From Planctomycetota bacterium (lineage in GTDB: Bacteria > Planctomycetota > Planctomycetia > Pirellulales > Lacipirellulaceae), in contig QEVI01000001.1 in assembly GCA_003576855.1 (NCBI GenBank), forward strand, positions 1 to 62,109: a stretch of 62,109 bases of DNA, in the 5' to 3' direction. Every line of letters starts with the position of its first letter. Within the stretch, counting starts at the first letter, position 1. The notes beneath the pieces were generated by a model, which did no database searches, was not told the origin of the DNA, and worked only from the letters and a program-made list of their open reading frames with translations. The translations under genes were made by a program, and so were the position numbers. This document shows, one piece after another, positions 9,767-19,796 of this stretch.

Positions 9767-11290
9767 ATGCCAAGCCTACCGAACACACGCCGCCGCCCGA
9801 CCCGTTCCGACGCGCCGCCGCCGTACCACGCGCGGCGCGACTTCCTGTGGTCGTTCGGCGGCGGGCTGGGCGGCGTCGCCTTGGCAAGCCTGTTGCACAA
9901 TGACGGCTTGCTTGCGGCCAGCGCGCCCGCCGGGTGGCGCCGTTCCGTTGTTGTGCATCATCCGCCCAGGGCCGCCCGCGTCGTTCAGCTTTTCATGTCG
10001 GGCGCTGCCAGCCAGTGCGATCTGTTCGACTACAAGCCGGCGCTTGAGCAACAGCACGGTCTGAAGTTCGACCCCGGCGAGGCCGTCGAGTTGTTTCAAT
10101 CTTCGCCCGACAAGGTCATGCGGTCTCCGTTCGCCTGGCGGCGACACGGCCAGTGCGGCAAGTGGCTGAGCGAACCAGTCGCTCCGTTGGGGGCGTGCGT
10201 TGACGACATCGCCTTCATCCATTCGATGGCGTCGAAGTCCAATGTCCATGGCCCCGCGACGTTCATGCAGGCCACGGGCTTCATCTTGCCCGGCTTTCCG
10301 GGAGCGGGCGCCTGGGTCAGCTACGGCCTCGGGAGCATGAACGACGACCTACCGGCTTTCGTCGTGCTGCCCGATCCCCGCGGCTTCGCGCCCAACGGCC
10401 CGAAGAATTGGGCCAGCGGCTTTCTCCCCGCCGAACATCAGGGGACGATGATTCAGCCGAACAGCTCCCGGCCCATTGCCGACCTCTTCCCGCCGGACGG
10501 TTACGTCACCCCTGGCGGAGAGCGCGACGCCGTGGCCGTGCTCGCCGAACTGAACCGTAGACACGCGCTTGCCCGCGAGGGCGATTCGCGGCTCGAGGCC
10601 CGCATTCGCTCGTACGAGCTGGCGGCCCGCATGCAACTGAGCGCTCCGGCGGTGCTCGACCTCCGACGTGAACCGGAGCATATTTTGCGGATGTACGGCC
10701 TGGATCGCGACAATACAATCACCGCGCCGACGGGCGAAATCAATACCGCCCAGGAAATCGAGTATTTTGGCCGCAATTGCCTGACGGCGCGGCGGCTGCT
10801 GGAGCAGGGCGTTCGCTTCGTGCAGGTCTGGAGCGGGGCCGACAACGGTTTCCCGCGCCGCAACTGGGATTCCCACGAAGACGTCCAGCGCGACCACGGC
10901 CCGCTGGGGAGGGCGCTAGGCGTCGGCGCCGCGGCGCTGATTATCGATCTGAAGCAGCGGGGCATGCTCGATGACACGATCGTGCTCTGGACGACGGAGT
11001 TCGGCCGCATGCCGTGCAACCAAGGCGCCGCTGGTCGCGATCACAACCCGTTCGTGTTCACCAACTGGCTCGCCGGGGGCGGCGTCAAAGGGGGCGTCAC
11101 CTACGGCGAAAGCGACGAGTGGTCGTACAAACCGCTCGACCGCAGCCAACCGACGTACTGCTACGACGTCCACGCCACGCTCTTGCATTTGCTCGGCATC
11201 GACCACGAGCGACTCACCTATCGCCACGACGGCATCGACCGCCGACTGACCGACGTCCACGGCCGCGTCCTCCGCGAGATACTGGCCTAG
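9767..11290 (+). CDS. DUF1501 domain protein (Tat-exported, sulfatase-like)
   Basis: RRDFL Tat motif; RRLLEQGVRFVQ; WDSH; TEFGRMP; GRDHNP; RRLTDVHG. Confidence 0.92.
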   Translation: MPSLPNTRRRPTRSDAPPPYHARRDFLWSFGGGLGGVALASLLHNDGLLAASAPAGWRRSVVVHHPPRAARVVQLFMSGAASQCDLFDYKPALEQQHGLKFDPGEAVELFQSSPDKVMRSPFAWRRHGQCGKWLSEPVAPLGACVDDIAFIHSMASKSNVHGPATFMQATGFILPGFPGAGAWVSYGLGSMNDDLPAFVVLPDPRGFAPNGPKNWASGFLPAEHQGTMIQPNSSRPIADLFPPDGYVTPGGERDAVAVLAELNRRHALAREGDSRLEARIRSYELAARMQLSAPAVLDLRREPEHILRMYGLDRDNTITAPTGEINTAQEIEYFGRNCLTARRLLEQGVRFVQVWSGADNGFPRRNWDSHEDVQRDHGPLGRALGVGAAALIIDLKQRGMLDDTIVLWTTEFGRMPCNQGAAGRDHNPFVFTNWLAGGGVKGGVTYGESDEWSYKPLDRSQPTYCYDVHATLLHLLGIDHERLTYRHDGIDRRLTDVHGRVLREILA

Positions 11291-11427
11291 CCCGGGACGC
11301 GAGTTCTTCACGGCATTCGTTTGAAACGGTTTCTCACGGAAGGTCCTGTAATCCGGGCGTCGCCGACGGCCTGGCAGACGCTGCGGCAACACGCGAGGGG
11401 CGCAAGTTCCGGCCGGCGCCAGCGCCA

Positions 11428-11436
11428 CGGTATAAT
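11428..11436 (+). promoter_or_regulatory. Putative sigma70 -10 element upstream of the Gfo/Idh/MocA gene
   Basis: CGG-TATAAT with the consensus hexamer at 11431-11436, about 70 bp before ATG 11505 (RBS GAGGA); the same CGGTATAAT occurs at 36959. Confidence 0.55.
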
Positions 11437-11504
11437 GCCGCGCAGCGCAGACCTGTAGTCCGGTTAAAACAGGCGCCTCAACAGCACGATTTCGAGGAAT
11501 TACC

Positions 11505-12830
11505 ATGGCGGCTTTGACTCCTCGCTGGTCGCGTCGCGACCTGCTCAAGACCACAGCGGCGGCTCTCCCGGCGTGGTTCGTCGAAAGCTCCGTGCGGCCG
11601 GCGCTGGCCGCTGAAAAATCCCCGAACGCTCGTCCTCGCGTCGCGCTGGTGGGATGCGGCGGCATGGGCCAGCACGACGCGCGGCTGGCCAAGAGGTTCG
11701 GCGACGTTGTGGCCGTCTGCGACGTCGACGCCGCGCATCTCGCCGCCGCCGCCAAAGCCTTTAAGGGCGCTGAAAAATTTAGCGACTACCGCAAGGTGTG
11801 CGACGCGCCAAACGTGGACGTGATCATCAACGCCACGCCCGACCATTGGCACACGCTGATCAACCTTCGCGCCGTCCGCAGCGGCAAGGACGTGTACGCC
11901 GAGAAGCCGCTGACGCTCACCATTGACGAGGGCAAGCGGCTCGTCGCCGCGGTGAAAGAATCGGGCCGCATCCTTCAGGTAGGCAGCCAGCAACGCAGCG
12001 ACGCCACGTTCCGGCTAGCGTGCGAACTGGTCCGCAACGGCCGGCTGGGGAAGATCGAGCGGGTCCGTACCTGGCTTCCCAGCGGGCTGCACGATGGGCC
12101 GTTCGCCACGGCGCCGGCGCCGCCGGGACTCGACTGGGATTTCTGGCAGGGTCAGACTCAGCCGGTCGATTACGTCCCCCAGCGGTGCCACCAGACATTC
12201 CGCTACTGGTACGACTACTCCGGCGGGACGATGACCGACTGGGGCGCCCATCACAACGACATCGCCCTGTGGGGCCTGGGCAAGGATCGCAGCGGGCCGG
12301 TCAGCGCCGAAGGCCGCCCGCTGGTCGATCCGATTCCCGGCGGCTACACCGCTCCCAGCCAGTACGAGGTGAAGTTCGTCTACGATGATGGCGTTGAGCA
12401 CTTCTGTCGCAGCACCTCGGCCAATACCTGGGGCGGCGGCGTGCAAGGCCGGCCTGGCCCCGGCGAGAAATATCACGGCGTGCAATTCGAGGGCGCCGAT
12501 GGATGGCTCTACGTCACCCGCGGCGGAAAGCTCGAAGCGAGCGATCCGGACCTCATCAAAACGCCGCTGCCGTCCGACGCCCAGCGGCTGTACGCCAGCG
12601 ACGACCATATGGCCAACTTTTTCGAGTGCATCGCCACGCGCGACGCGCCCATTTGCGACGTCGAGATCGGTCATCGCAGCGTTTCCTGCTGCCACGTCGG
12701 GGTGATTGCCATCCGGCTCGGCCGGCAGGTCCATTGGAACCCCGATAGCGAGCAGTTCGTCGATGACGACGAGGCCAACGCGATGGTCGCCCGCGAGCAG
12801 CGCCAGGCATACTCCTACGAGACGATGTAG
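11505..12830 (+). CDS. Tat-exported Gfo/Idh/MocA oxidoreductase
   Basis: SRRDLLK Tat motif; VGCGGMG; ATPDHWH; EKPLT; QVGSQQRS; DWGAHHND. Confidence 0.92.
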   Translation: MAALTPRWSRRDLLKTTAAALPAWFVESSVRPALAAEKSPNARPRVALVGCGGMGQHDARLAKRFGDVVAVCDVDAAHLAAAAKAFKGAEKFSDYRKVCDAPNVDVIINATPDHWHTLINLRAVRSGKDVYAEKPLTLTIDEGKRLVAAVKESGRILQVGSQQRSDATFRLACELVRNGRLGKIERVRTWLPSGLHDGPFATAPAPPGLDWDFWQGQTQPVDYVPQRCHQTFRYWYDYSGGTMTDWGAHHNDIALWGLGKDRSGPVSAEGRPLVDPIPGGYTAPSQYEVKFVYDDGVEHFCRSTSANTWGGGVQGRPGPGEKYHGVQFEGADGWLYVTRGGKLEASDPDLIKTPLPSDAQRLYASDDHMANFFECIATRDAPICDVEIGHRSVSCCHVGVIAIRLGRQVHWNPDSEQFVDDDEANAMVAREQRQAYSYETM

Positions 12831-12850
12831 TCCCGCGGAGGCCCGCCCGG

Positions 12851-13192
12851 TTACGTCGCCTCGCTGCCCGTCGGGGCGATTTGCCTCAGGCCACGGCGCA
12901 CTTGCTCCGCGTCGTCGGGGCGAACGGCGCGGGCGACTTCCTCTCCGTCGCGAAGGAAAACGAGCGTCGGCCAAAGCTTCACGCGGAACGAACGCCCTAG
13001 CCGCCGGCCCGGGCCGTCTTCAACCTTGACGCGCCTGACGCTCGGGAAGTCCGCCAGCGCCTGCGAGACGGCCGGCGCTGCGGCTTGGCAGTAGCCGCAC
13101 CAGCTTGTGCCGAACTCCAGCACGACGGGCCCGGACATGGCGTCGACTTCTTCCCGCGAAGGACCTGGGTTTTGGTAGTCGTCGGTCAACAT
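12851..13192 (-). CDS. Thioredoxin family protein
   Basis: WCGYC active site, VKLWPTL cis-Pro motif, GGAG RBS. Confidence 0.88.
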   Translation of the reverse strand: MLTDDYQNPGPSREEVDAMSGPVVLEFGTSWCGYCQAAAPAVSQALADFPSVRRVKVEDGPGRRLGRSFRVKLWPTLVFLRDGEEVARAVRPDDAEQVRRGLRQIAPTGSEAT

Positions 13193-13338
13193 GGGCTCCT
13201 CGGAGACGTCTGCTGCGCGTGCAGTCGCCGTGCCGTTTTGGCGCCAAGCTGCGGTAGGCGCGTTGCAATGGCGCCGGATTTGCCAGCAGGCAAATCGCCG
13301 ATTGGTAGTCTACACCTGCTCTTTGCCCGCAGCCCAGC

Positions 13339-14052
13339 ATGGCCACGCTTGCGCTTATCCGCCGAGATCATCGGGCGGAGCTAATGGACCAACCCGGCGT
13401 GGATGAGCGCGAGCATGGCCGCGCGCTGGCCGCCCTGGGGCGACTCAACCTGGCGAGCGGCACGTGCCGGCAGCTTTGGCGAAGGATCGCGGCGTTCGCC
13501 GGGCGTCGCCGGCGGCGGAGGCTGCGCGTTCTCGATGTCGCCAGCGGCGGCGGCGACGTGGCCTTCGGCCTATGGAAAACCGCCCGCCGCCATGGCGTCG
13601 AACTAGAAATCGTGGGACTCGACTTCAGCCCGACGGCATGCCAGTTTGCCGCCAAGCGATGCGAGGGCGCCGGCCCGGCCATCCAATTTCGCACCGCCGA
13701 CGTGGTCCACCACGAACTGCCCGGTGGCTTTGACGTCGCCGTCTGCTCGCTGTTCCTTCATCACTTGTCGCTCGAGGAGGCCGCGGCCCTGCTGCGTACC
13801 ATGGTCGCGTCCGCCGAACTGACGTTAGTCAGCGACCTCCGCCGATGCGCGGCCGGATACGTGCTCGCCTGGGCGGCGTGCCGACTGGCGACCCGGTCGC
13901 CCCTCGTCCGCGCCGATGGGCCGCAATCGGTCCGAAACGCCTTTTCGCTCACTGAAATGCGCGAGCTCTGCGACGCCGCTCGCTTGCCGCAGGCGACGGT
14001 CGAGCGCGTCTGGCCGTGCCGCCTGTTGGTCCAGCATTGGCGGCGCTCGTAA
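13339..14052 (+). CDS. SAM-dependent methyltransferase (type III PKS cluster)
   Basis: ELMDQP N-terminus, VLDVASGGGD motif I, SLFLHHL. Confidence 0.88.
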   Translation: MATLALIRRDHRAELMDQPGVDEREHGRALAALGRLNLASGTCRQLWRRIAAFAGRRRRRRLRVLDVASGGGDVAFGLWKTARRHGVELEIVGLDFSPTACQFAAKRCEGAGPAIQFRTADVVHHELPGGFDVAVCSLFLHHLSLEEAAALLRTMVASAELTLVSDLRRCAAGYVLAWAACRLATRSPLVRADGPQSVRNAFSLTEMRELCDAARLPQATVERVWPCRLLVQHWRRS

Positions 14053-14076
14053 CCCCCTTGGACAGCTTGTGACAAG

Positions 14077-15225
14077 ATGATCGCTAACAGTGAGGCAATC
14101 GAACAAGCGCGACACGGGCCGTGGGACGTGATCGTCCTGGGCGCAGGGCCCGCGGGCGCCGTCGCGGCCCGGCGCCTGGCGCTTGCCGGGCGAGGCGTGC
14201 TACTGGTCGAGAAAAGTCGCTGGCCGCGGGAAAAAGCCTGCGGGGGTTGCCTGGGCGCCGCGGCGCTAGGCGTTTTGGATGAGGTTGGACTAGCCCGTTT
14301 GCCGGCCGAGTGCGGGGGCGTACGGCTTTCGGCGATGGAATTGGCGTGCCGCGGTTCGAAGGCGGTCTTTCCAATTGATCGTCGCGTTGCCGTTGCTCGC
14401 CAGCGGTTCGACGCCGCTCTGGTCAGCGCAGCGACTGACGCTGGCGCCGTGTTCATCGACCAGGCGCTTGGCCGAGTGCTGACGCCTGCGCAAAGGGCGT
14501 ATCGCGCCGTGCAAATCCACCGCGGCGGCGACGCATGGGTGGCCCGCGCGCGGGCGGTGATCGTCGCCACGGGACTCGGCGGCCGCGAGACGGGCGCGGC
14601 TATTCGGTCCGGTTCCCGGATCGGCCTCGGCGCGATCGTGCCGCACGCATCGCCGGCGGGCGAGCGGATCCAGATGGCATTAGGCCGTGCCGGTTATGCG
14701 GGAGTCGCCCCGTTGGGCGGGGGGCTGCTCGACGTGGCGGCGGCCGTGGATCGGCGGGCGCTGGCCGCGGCGGGCTCGCCGGCCGCGCTGGTTGGCTCGA
14801 TCTTCGCTGAGGCGGGCGTCGCCCTTCCGCCCGGGTTGGACGACGCCCAGTGGCGCGGCACTCCACCGCTCACGCAGCATGCGGTGCAACTCGCATCGCA
14901 CCGCACGCTGCTCGTGGGCGACGCCGCCGGTTACGTGGAGCCGTTCACCGGCGAAGGGATCGGTTGGGCCATGCACACGGCGCTCGTCGCCAGTGCGATT
15001 GTTGACGCCAATCTCCAGCGCTGGTCGACTGCCTGCGAGCGGCTGTACGAATTGCAGTATCGTCACGCCCTCGGCCGGCGGCAACGCTGCTGCTACGGCA
15101 TCACGCGGCTGTTGCGCCATCGGCTGGTGCGGACCGCGACGGTCGGCGCCCTGCGGCGACTGCCGGCCCTGGCTCGACCCTTGGTGAGCCAATTGGAGCG
15201 GCCTCTGGCACGCAGTCGTCAATAA
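14077..15225 (+). CDS. FAD-dependent oxidoreductase (geranylgeranyl reductase-like)
   Basis: GAGPAG, PREKACG, VGDAAGYVEPFTGEGI. Confidence 0.88.
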   Translation: MIANSEAIEQARHGPWDVIVLGAGPAGAVAARRLALAGRGVLLVEKSRWPREKACGGCLGAAALGVLDEVGLARLPAECGGVRLSAMELACRGSKAVFPIDRRVAVARQRFDAALVSAATDAGAVFIDQALGRVLTPAQRAYRAVQIHRGGDAWVARARAVIVATGLGGRETGAAIRSGSRIGLGAIVPHASPAGERIQMALGRAGYAGVAPLGGGLLDVAAAVDRRALAAAGSPAALVGSIFAEAGVALPPGLDDAQWRGTPPLTQHAVQLASHRTLLVGDAAGYVEPFTGEGIGWAMHTALVASAIVDANLQRWSTACERLYELQYRHALGRRQRCCYGITRLLRHRLVRTATVGALRRLPALARPLVSQLERPLARSRQ

Positions 15226-15269
15226 CCTGCATTCTGGATCTTCCTCTGCAAACCTACGGTGGGACGCCC

Positions 15270-16385
15270 ATGTCGCCTGCGATTCTCGGACTGGCCACGG
15301 CCGTGCCGCCGCACGCGGTGGACCAAGACGCCGCCTTGGAGCTGGCCCGCAGCATCTGCTGCCGCAACGAACGGCACGACCGCGTCGCCAGCGTCCTCTA
15401 CCGGCACAGCGGCATCAATACCCGTCATAGCGTGCTGCCGCCCAGCGAAGCCTATCGCTATGCGAATGCCGGCGCCCAGCGCGGCGTCGGCGCACCGAAC
15501 CACGGCCCGACGACTGCCCAGCGAATGGCGTATTACCAGGAGCATGCGCTGCCGCTGGCCGCTCGAGCCGCGGGCGACGCCCTGGCGCGGTCCGGCGTCG
15601 AAGGCCGCGAGATCGCGCATGTGGTGACGGCCTCCTGCACCGGCTTCACGGCGCCTGGCGTCGATAGCGGCCTCATTGAGCGTCTCGGACTTCGCCGCAC
15701 CACGCAGCGCATTCATGTCGGGTTCATGGGCTGCCACGCCGCGGTGAACGCCTTACGCACCGCGCGGGCCTTGGCGCTGGCCGATGCCCACGGGCATGTC
15801 CTGGCCTGCTGCGTGGAACTGTGCAGCCTCCATTACTCATTCCACTGGGACAACGAGCGGATGCTCGGCAATGCGCTGTTCGCCGACGGCGCGGCTGCGG
15901 CAGTTGTGTCGGCCATGCCTCGGAAAAACAGCGGCGCCTCGCCGGGCGCCGACGGTCAATCGCGGTGGCGAATCGCCGCCACCGGCTCGTTCCTCTTTCC
16001 AGATACGTCCGAAGCCATGACGTGGAACATCGGCGACCATGGCTTCGCGATGACGATCTCCTCCGAATTGCCGCGGCTGATTGCGCAGGGCGTCGCTCCG
16101 TGGCTCACTGGCTGGCTCAAGCAGAACGGCCTGGCGCCGGGCGACGTAAACTCATGGGCGATCCACCCTGGCGGACCGAGGATCGTCGAAGCCGTCGAAT
16201 CGGCGATGGCCATCCCCGCCGCCAAGACGGAGGTTTCCCGGGAGATTCTGGCCGAATTTGGAAACATGTCCTCGGCCACCGTCTTGTTCATCCTCCAACG
16301 GCTTACCGAGCGCCGCGCGGCGCCGCCTTGCGTCATGCTGGCCTTCGGCCCCGGCCTGATCGCCGAAGCCGTCCTCTTCCGCTAG
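15270..16385 (+). CDS. Type III polyketide synthase (chalcone/stilbene synthase family)
   Basis: Catalytic Cys-His-Asn triad: GFMGCHAA, IHPGG, GNMSS; ALFADGAAA; AFGPGL. Confidence 0.95.
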   Translation: MSPAILGLATAVPPHAVDQDAALELARSICCRNERHDRVASVLYRHSGINTRHSVLPPSEAYRYANAGAQRGVGAPNHGPTTAQRMAYYQEHALPLAARAAGDALARSGVEGREIAHVVTASCTGFTAPGVDSGLIERLGLRRTTQRIHVGFMGCHAAVNALRTARALALADAHGHVLACCVELCSLHYSFHWDNERMLGNALFADGAAAAVVSAMPRKNSGASPGADGQSRWRIAATGSFLFPDTSEAMTWNIGDHGFAMTISSELPRLIAQGVAPWLTGWLKQNGLAPGDVNSWAIHPGGPRIVEAVESAMAIPAAKTEVSREILAEFGNMSSATVLFILQRLTERRAAPPCVMLAFGPGLIAEAVLFR

Positions 16386-16404
16386 CCGCCCCCCGGCCGC
16401 TTGA

Positions 16405-16421
16405 CGCTTGCGGCTTAGCGC
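16405..16421 (-). repeat. REP-like GCGCTAAGCCGCAAGCG element (copy 1)
   Basis: Reverse complement matches 61085-61101 exactly; lies between convergent genes. Confidence 0.65.
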
Positions 16422-16452
16422 TCCTCTTGCGAACCTGCCCGAACGATTTTCC

Positions 16453-16986
16453 TCAAAACAACATCCCTCCTGGATAAGTCACCGCCCCGGCCGCCACCCG
16501 TGCAAACTCTGGCAGCGCATGCTCGCGGACGCTCCGCGGCCCGATGATATCGAGCACCGTCCAGCCCTGTGCAACCATCGCATCGGCAATCAGGCGCCGA
16601 TGGCAGCGCCATGGCAACGCCTCGGAGCACATGATCGCGGTCCGGTGTGCTCCGGCTAGCGTCGCCAGTTGCGCGGCTGCCGCTTTGAAGTCGTCGGTCT
16701 GCATATAGTCGGCGTAGGCGTTGAACGCTTCGACCCGCCATGCCGTGTTTGGCGAGTTCTCGGCGCGAGTGGAACGTCGGCCGCCGAGGGCCGGAAAGTG
16801 CTGATACTCCAAGCCGACGCGGCTCAGCGCTTCGGCAAGCGCCTCTTGCCCGAATTGCGGATGGCGTCGCGAGCCGGGAAACCGCCGCACATCGGCCACG
16901 AGTTCGATGCCGGCGCTCGTCAGCAGTTCAATGAACGCCGCGATCTCGCGATTCGAGTGGCCGATGGTCCACAGCGTCTGATCCAT
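16453..16986 (-). CDS. DUF488 domain protein
   Basis: WTIGHSNR, DVRRFPGSRRHPQF, LGGRR, MCSEALPWRCHR; start at ATG 16986 after GGAGCGAGG. Confidence 0.9.
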   Translation of the reverse strand: MDQTLWTIGHSNREIAAFIELLTSAGIELVADVRRFPGSRRHPQFGQEALAEALSRVGLEYQHFPALGGRRSTRAENSPNTAWRVEAFNAYADYMQTDDFKAAAAQLATLAGAHRTAIMCSEALPWRCHRRLIADAMVAQGWTVLDIIGPRSVREHALPEFARVAAGAVTYPGGMLF

Positions 16987-17052
16987 GGCGCCTCGCTCCT
17001 GCTTCGTTATGCTGCGTATGCTCGGTCCCGCCCTCGCCTCAGCGCCTTCCAC

Positions 17053-17093
17053 CCATCCCCAACCTATTCCCAACCTAGCTAGGTTGGGGATGG
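17053..17093. repeat. CTAGCTAG-centred palindrome (REP-like, copy 2) with a duplicated left arm
   Basis: CCATCCCCAACCTA-TT-CCCAACCTAGCTAGGTTGGGGATGG; perfect 20-bp palindrome at 17069-17088. Confidence 0.75.
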
Positions 17094-17249
17094 CGGCGGG
17101 TACGCGGTCCGGGTTTTCTACAAACACACATCCCCTCCATCACCGTGCCACCCATGCGCTACGCACAACCTGCGCCGCATTGACCGATAGCCCGCCGCGC
17201 TTCAAGCTTACCTGCGACTATACCGCTGCACTGACGCAATGGCCGCCGC

Positions 17250-19796
17250 ATGTCGCCTGCTGAACTACTTACGCCAGACCTCCCCGTCGCCGGAATCCTT
17301 GCCGAAGTCGTCGCGGCGGCGCGCGGCGGCGCCGTCGTGGTCACCGCCCCGCCTGGCTCGGGCAAGACGATGCTCGTTCCCGCCGCCGTGTTGGACGACT
17401 TGCCGACGTCGCAGAGCGTCGTCCTCGTGCAGCCTCGCCGGTTGGCGGCGCGGGCCGTCGCCCGCCGCATCGCCCAGCTTCGCTCCAGCCGCGTCGGCGG
17501 CGAAGTCGGCTATCAAGTTCGCTTCGACAACTGCACCAGCCGCGACACCCGCTTGAACGTCGTCACCAGCGGCGTCCTGCTGCGCCGGCTGCTCGATGAC
17601 ATCGCCCTGGAGGGCGTCGGCGCCGTCGTGCTGGACGAATTCCATGAACGAACCATCGAAATGGACCTGTTGCTGGGCCTGGCCGTTCGGATTCGCCAGA
17701 CGCTGCGGCCGGAGCTGCGGATCGTCGTCATGAGCGCGACGCTGGCCGCCGAACCGGTCGCCCGCCTGCTGGGCGGCTGCCCGATCATCCACGCGGAAGG
17801 ACGCCGCTATCCCGTTGATATTCGCTACCAGCGCCGCGGAGAGCAACGGCCGCTCACCGACCTCGTCGCGGCGGCCATGCCCGAAGCGCTCCGCGAGACC
17901 GCCGGCCACGTATTGGCGTTTTTGCCCGGCGTCGGGGAAATCAAGCGGTTGTCCGAAGCGCTGGCCCCGTTGGCCGAGCGCCACGGACACGCCCTGCTGC
18001 CGCTGTTCGGCGATTTGCCGCCCGAGGAGCAGGACCGGGCCCTGGCGGACCTGGGACGCCGCAAGATCATCCTGGCGACGAACGTCGCCGAAACGTCGCT
18101 GACGATCGAGGGCGTCACGGCCGTGATCGACTCAGGGCAAGCCCGGCAAATGCGAGTCGCGTCCTCGACGGGTCTGCCGCGGCTGGAACTCGTGGCGATC
18201 TCGCAAGCCTCGGCCGATCAACGCGCCGGCCGCGCTGGCCGCACGGCTCCCGGGATCTGCTGGCGGCTGTGGGACGAGCGTTCGCATCATGGCCGGCCGG
18301 TTGCTGAAACGCCCGAAGCGCTGCGGAGCGATCTGGCCGAGCCGCTGCTCGAGCTGCTGGCGCTGGGCGAGTACGCCGATTTTCCGTGGCTCGACGCGCC
18401 GCCGCCGGAGGCCATCGAGAATGCCCGCAGCCTGCTGCATCTGCTCGGCGCCATCGACGCGGGTGATCGCGTCACGCCGCTGGGGCGGAAGTTGGCACGG
18501 CTGCCCGCGCATCCGCGCCTCGGCCGGCTGCTGCTGGCCGGGGCGCGCCGGGGCGTACTTCGCGAGACGTCGATCGCCGCCGCACTGCTCTCGGAGCGCG
18601 ATCTGTTTCGAACCGCCGAGCACGGGCGCCGCGGCCCGCGCGACTACGGCGCCACGCGCAGCCGCAGCGACGTGGTTGATCGCGTGCTGGCGTTGCAGGC
18701 GTTCCACGCCGGCGCAGCGAGCCCCGCGCCTGACCTGGAGCTTCATCCGGGCGGGGCGCGAAACGTTTTGCGGGCCGCCGAGCAGCTTTTTCGACTCGCG
18801 GAATTCCCGCGGGCCGAGCGAGCCGAGCAGGCGGACGTCGCCCTCATGCGGGCCCTGCTGGAAGCTTTCCCCGACCGGCTGGCCAGGCTTCGCAGCGGCA
18901 CGCAGGATCGGGCGCTGATGGTCGGCGGCCGCGGCGTGCGGCTCGACGCCGGCACGCGCGTCCGCGGCGAACCGCTGCTGCTGGCCATCGAGATCAACGA
19001 TGCCGGCGGCGAGGCCCGCGCGCGGCTCGTCTCGGCCGTCGAGCGCTCTTGGCTGCCGTCGGAAATGCTGCGCTCGGCCGAAGAACAGTTCTTCAATCCG
19101 ACGCGCGGCCAGGTTGAAGCACGAAATCGCACCTATTGGGGCGATTTGCTGATCGAAGAATCGCCGGCCGCCATCAGCGACCAGGCCGGGGCGGCCCGGT
19201 TGCTGGCCGACGAGGCCCGCCGCCAGCTTGACCGCGTGACGCCGCCGGCCGATTCCGCCGCCGGGCGGTTCCTGGCTCGCGTCCGCTGGTTGGCCGCCGC
19301 GATGCCGGAACTTGGCCTGCCGCGGCTGGATCGCGACGACCTGGCAGCCATGCTGCCGGAGGCTTGCTATGGGCTTCGATCGTTGGACGAGCTTCGCGGC
19401 GCCGACTGGCTTTCGCTCTTGCAGGCCCGCGTCGGCTACGATCGCCTTGCGGAAGTCGATCGCCTCGCCCCGCCGGAACTGGAAGTTCCCAGCGGCAACC
19501 GTCACCGCCTGAAGTACGAGGCCGACAAGGCGCCGGTGCTCGCCGTGCGGATTCAAGAGCTTTTCGGAATGAAGGAAACGCCGCGCATCGCCGGCGGCCG
19601 CGTCGCCGTGCTGCTGCACCTGTTGGGGCCGAATTACCGCCCGCAGCAAGTCACCGCGGACCTGACCAGCTTTTGGGCGAATACCTATCCAGCGGTGAAG
19701 AAGGAACTTCGCCGCCGCTACCCGAAGCACGCTTGGCCCGACGACCCGCTTGCGGCCGCCCCGACGCGCACCGGTCTGGAGCGCCATGGCAAGTAA
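17250..19796 (+). CDS. hrpB: ATP-dependent DEAH-box RNA helicase HrpB
   Basis: APPGSGKT, DEFHER, MSAT, ATNVAETSLTIEG, QRAGRAGR; HrpB C-terminus VRIQELFG...RYPKHAWPDDP. Confidence 0.95.
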   Translation: MSPAELLTPDLPVAGILAEVVAAARGGAVVVTAPPGSGKTMLVPAAVLDDLPTSQSVVLVQPRRLAARAVARRIAQLRSSRVGGEVGYQVRFDNCTSRDTRLNVVTSGVLLRRLLDDIALEGVGAVVLDEFHERTIEMDLLLGLAVRIRQTLRPELRIVVMSATLAAEPVARLLGGCPIIHAEGRRYPVDIRYQRRGEQRPLTDLVAAAMPEALRETAGHVLAFLPGVGEIKRLSEALAPLAERHGHALLPLFGDLPPEEQDRALADLGRRKIILATNVAETSLTIEGVTAVIDSGQARQMRVASSTGLPRLELVAISQASADQRAGRAGRTAPGICWRLWDERSHHGRPVAETPEALRSDLAEPLLELLALGEYADFPWLDAPPPEAIENARSLLHLLGAIDAGDRVTPLGRKLARLPAHPRLGRLLLAGARRGVLRETSIAAALLSERDLFRTAEHGRRGPRDYGATRSRSDVVDRVLALQAFHAGAASPAPDLELHPGGARNVLRAAEQLFRLAEFPRAERAEQADVALMRALLEAFPDRLARLRSGTQDRALMVGGRGVRLDAGTRVRGEPLLLAIEINDAGGEARARLVSAVERSWLPSEMLRSAEEQFFNPTRGQVEARNRTYWGDLLIEESPAAISDQAGAARLLADEARRQLDRVTPPADSAAGRFLARVRWLAAAMPELGLPRLDRDDLAAMLPEACYGLRSLDELRGADWLSLLQARVGYDRLAEVDRLAPPELEVPSGNRHRLKYEADKAPVLAVRIQELFGMKETPRIAGGRVAVLLHLLGPNYRPQQVTADLTSFWANTYPAVKKELRRRYPKHAWPDDPLAAAPTRTGLERHGK

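Noticed and set aside
16453-19796. Anti-phage defence system (DUF488 + helicase)
   Set aside because: The helicase is ordinary HrpB, divergently oriented, and no nuclease or other defence genes are adjacent
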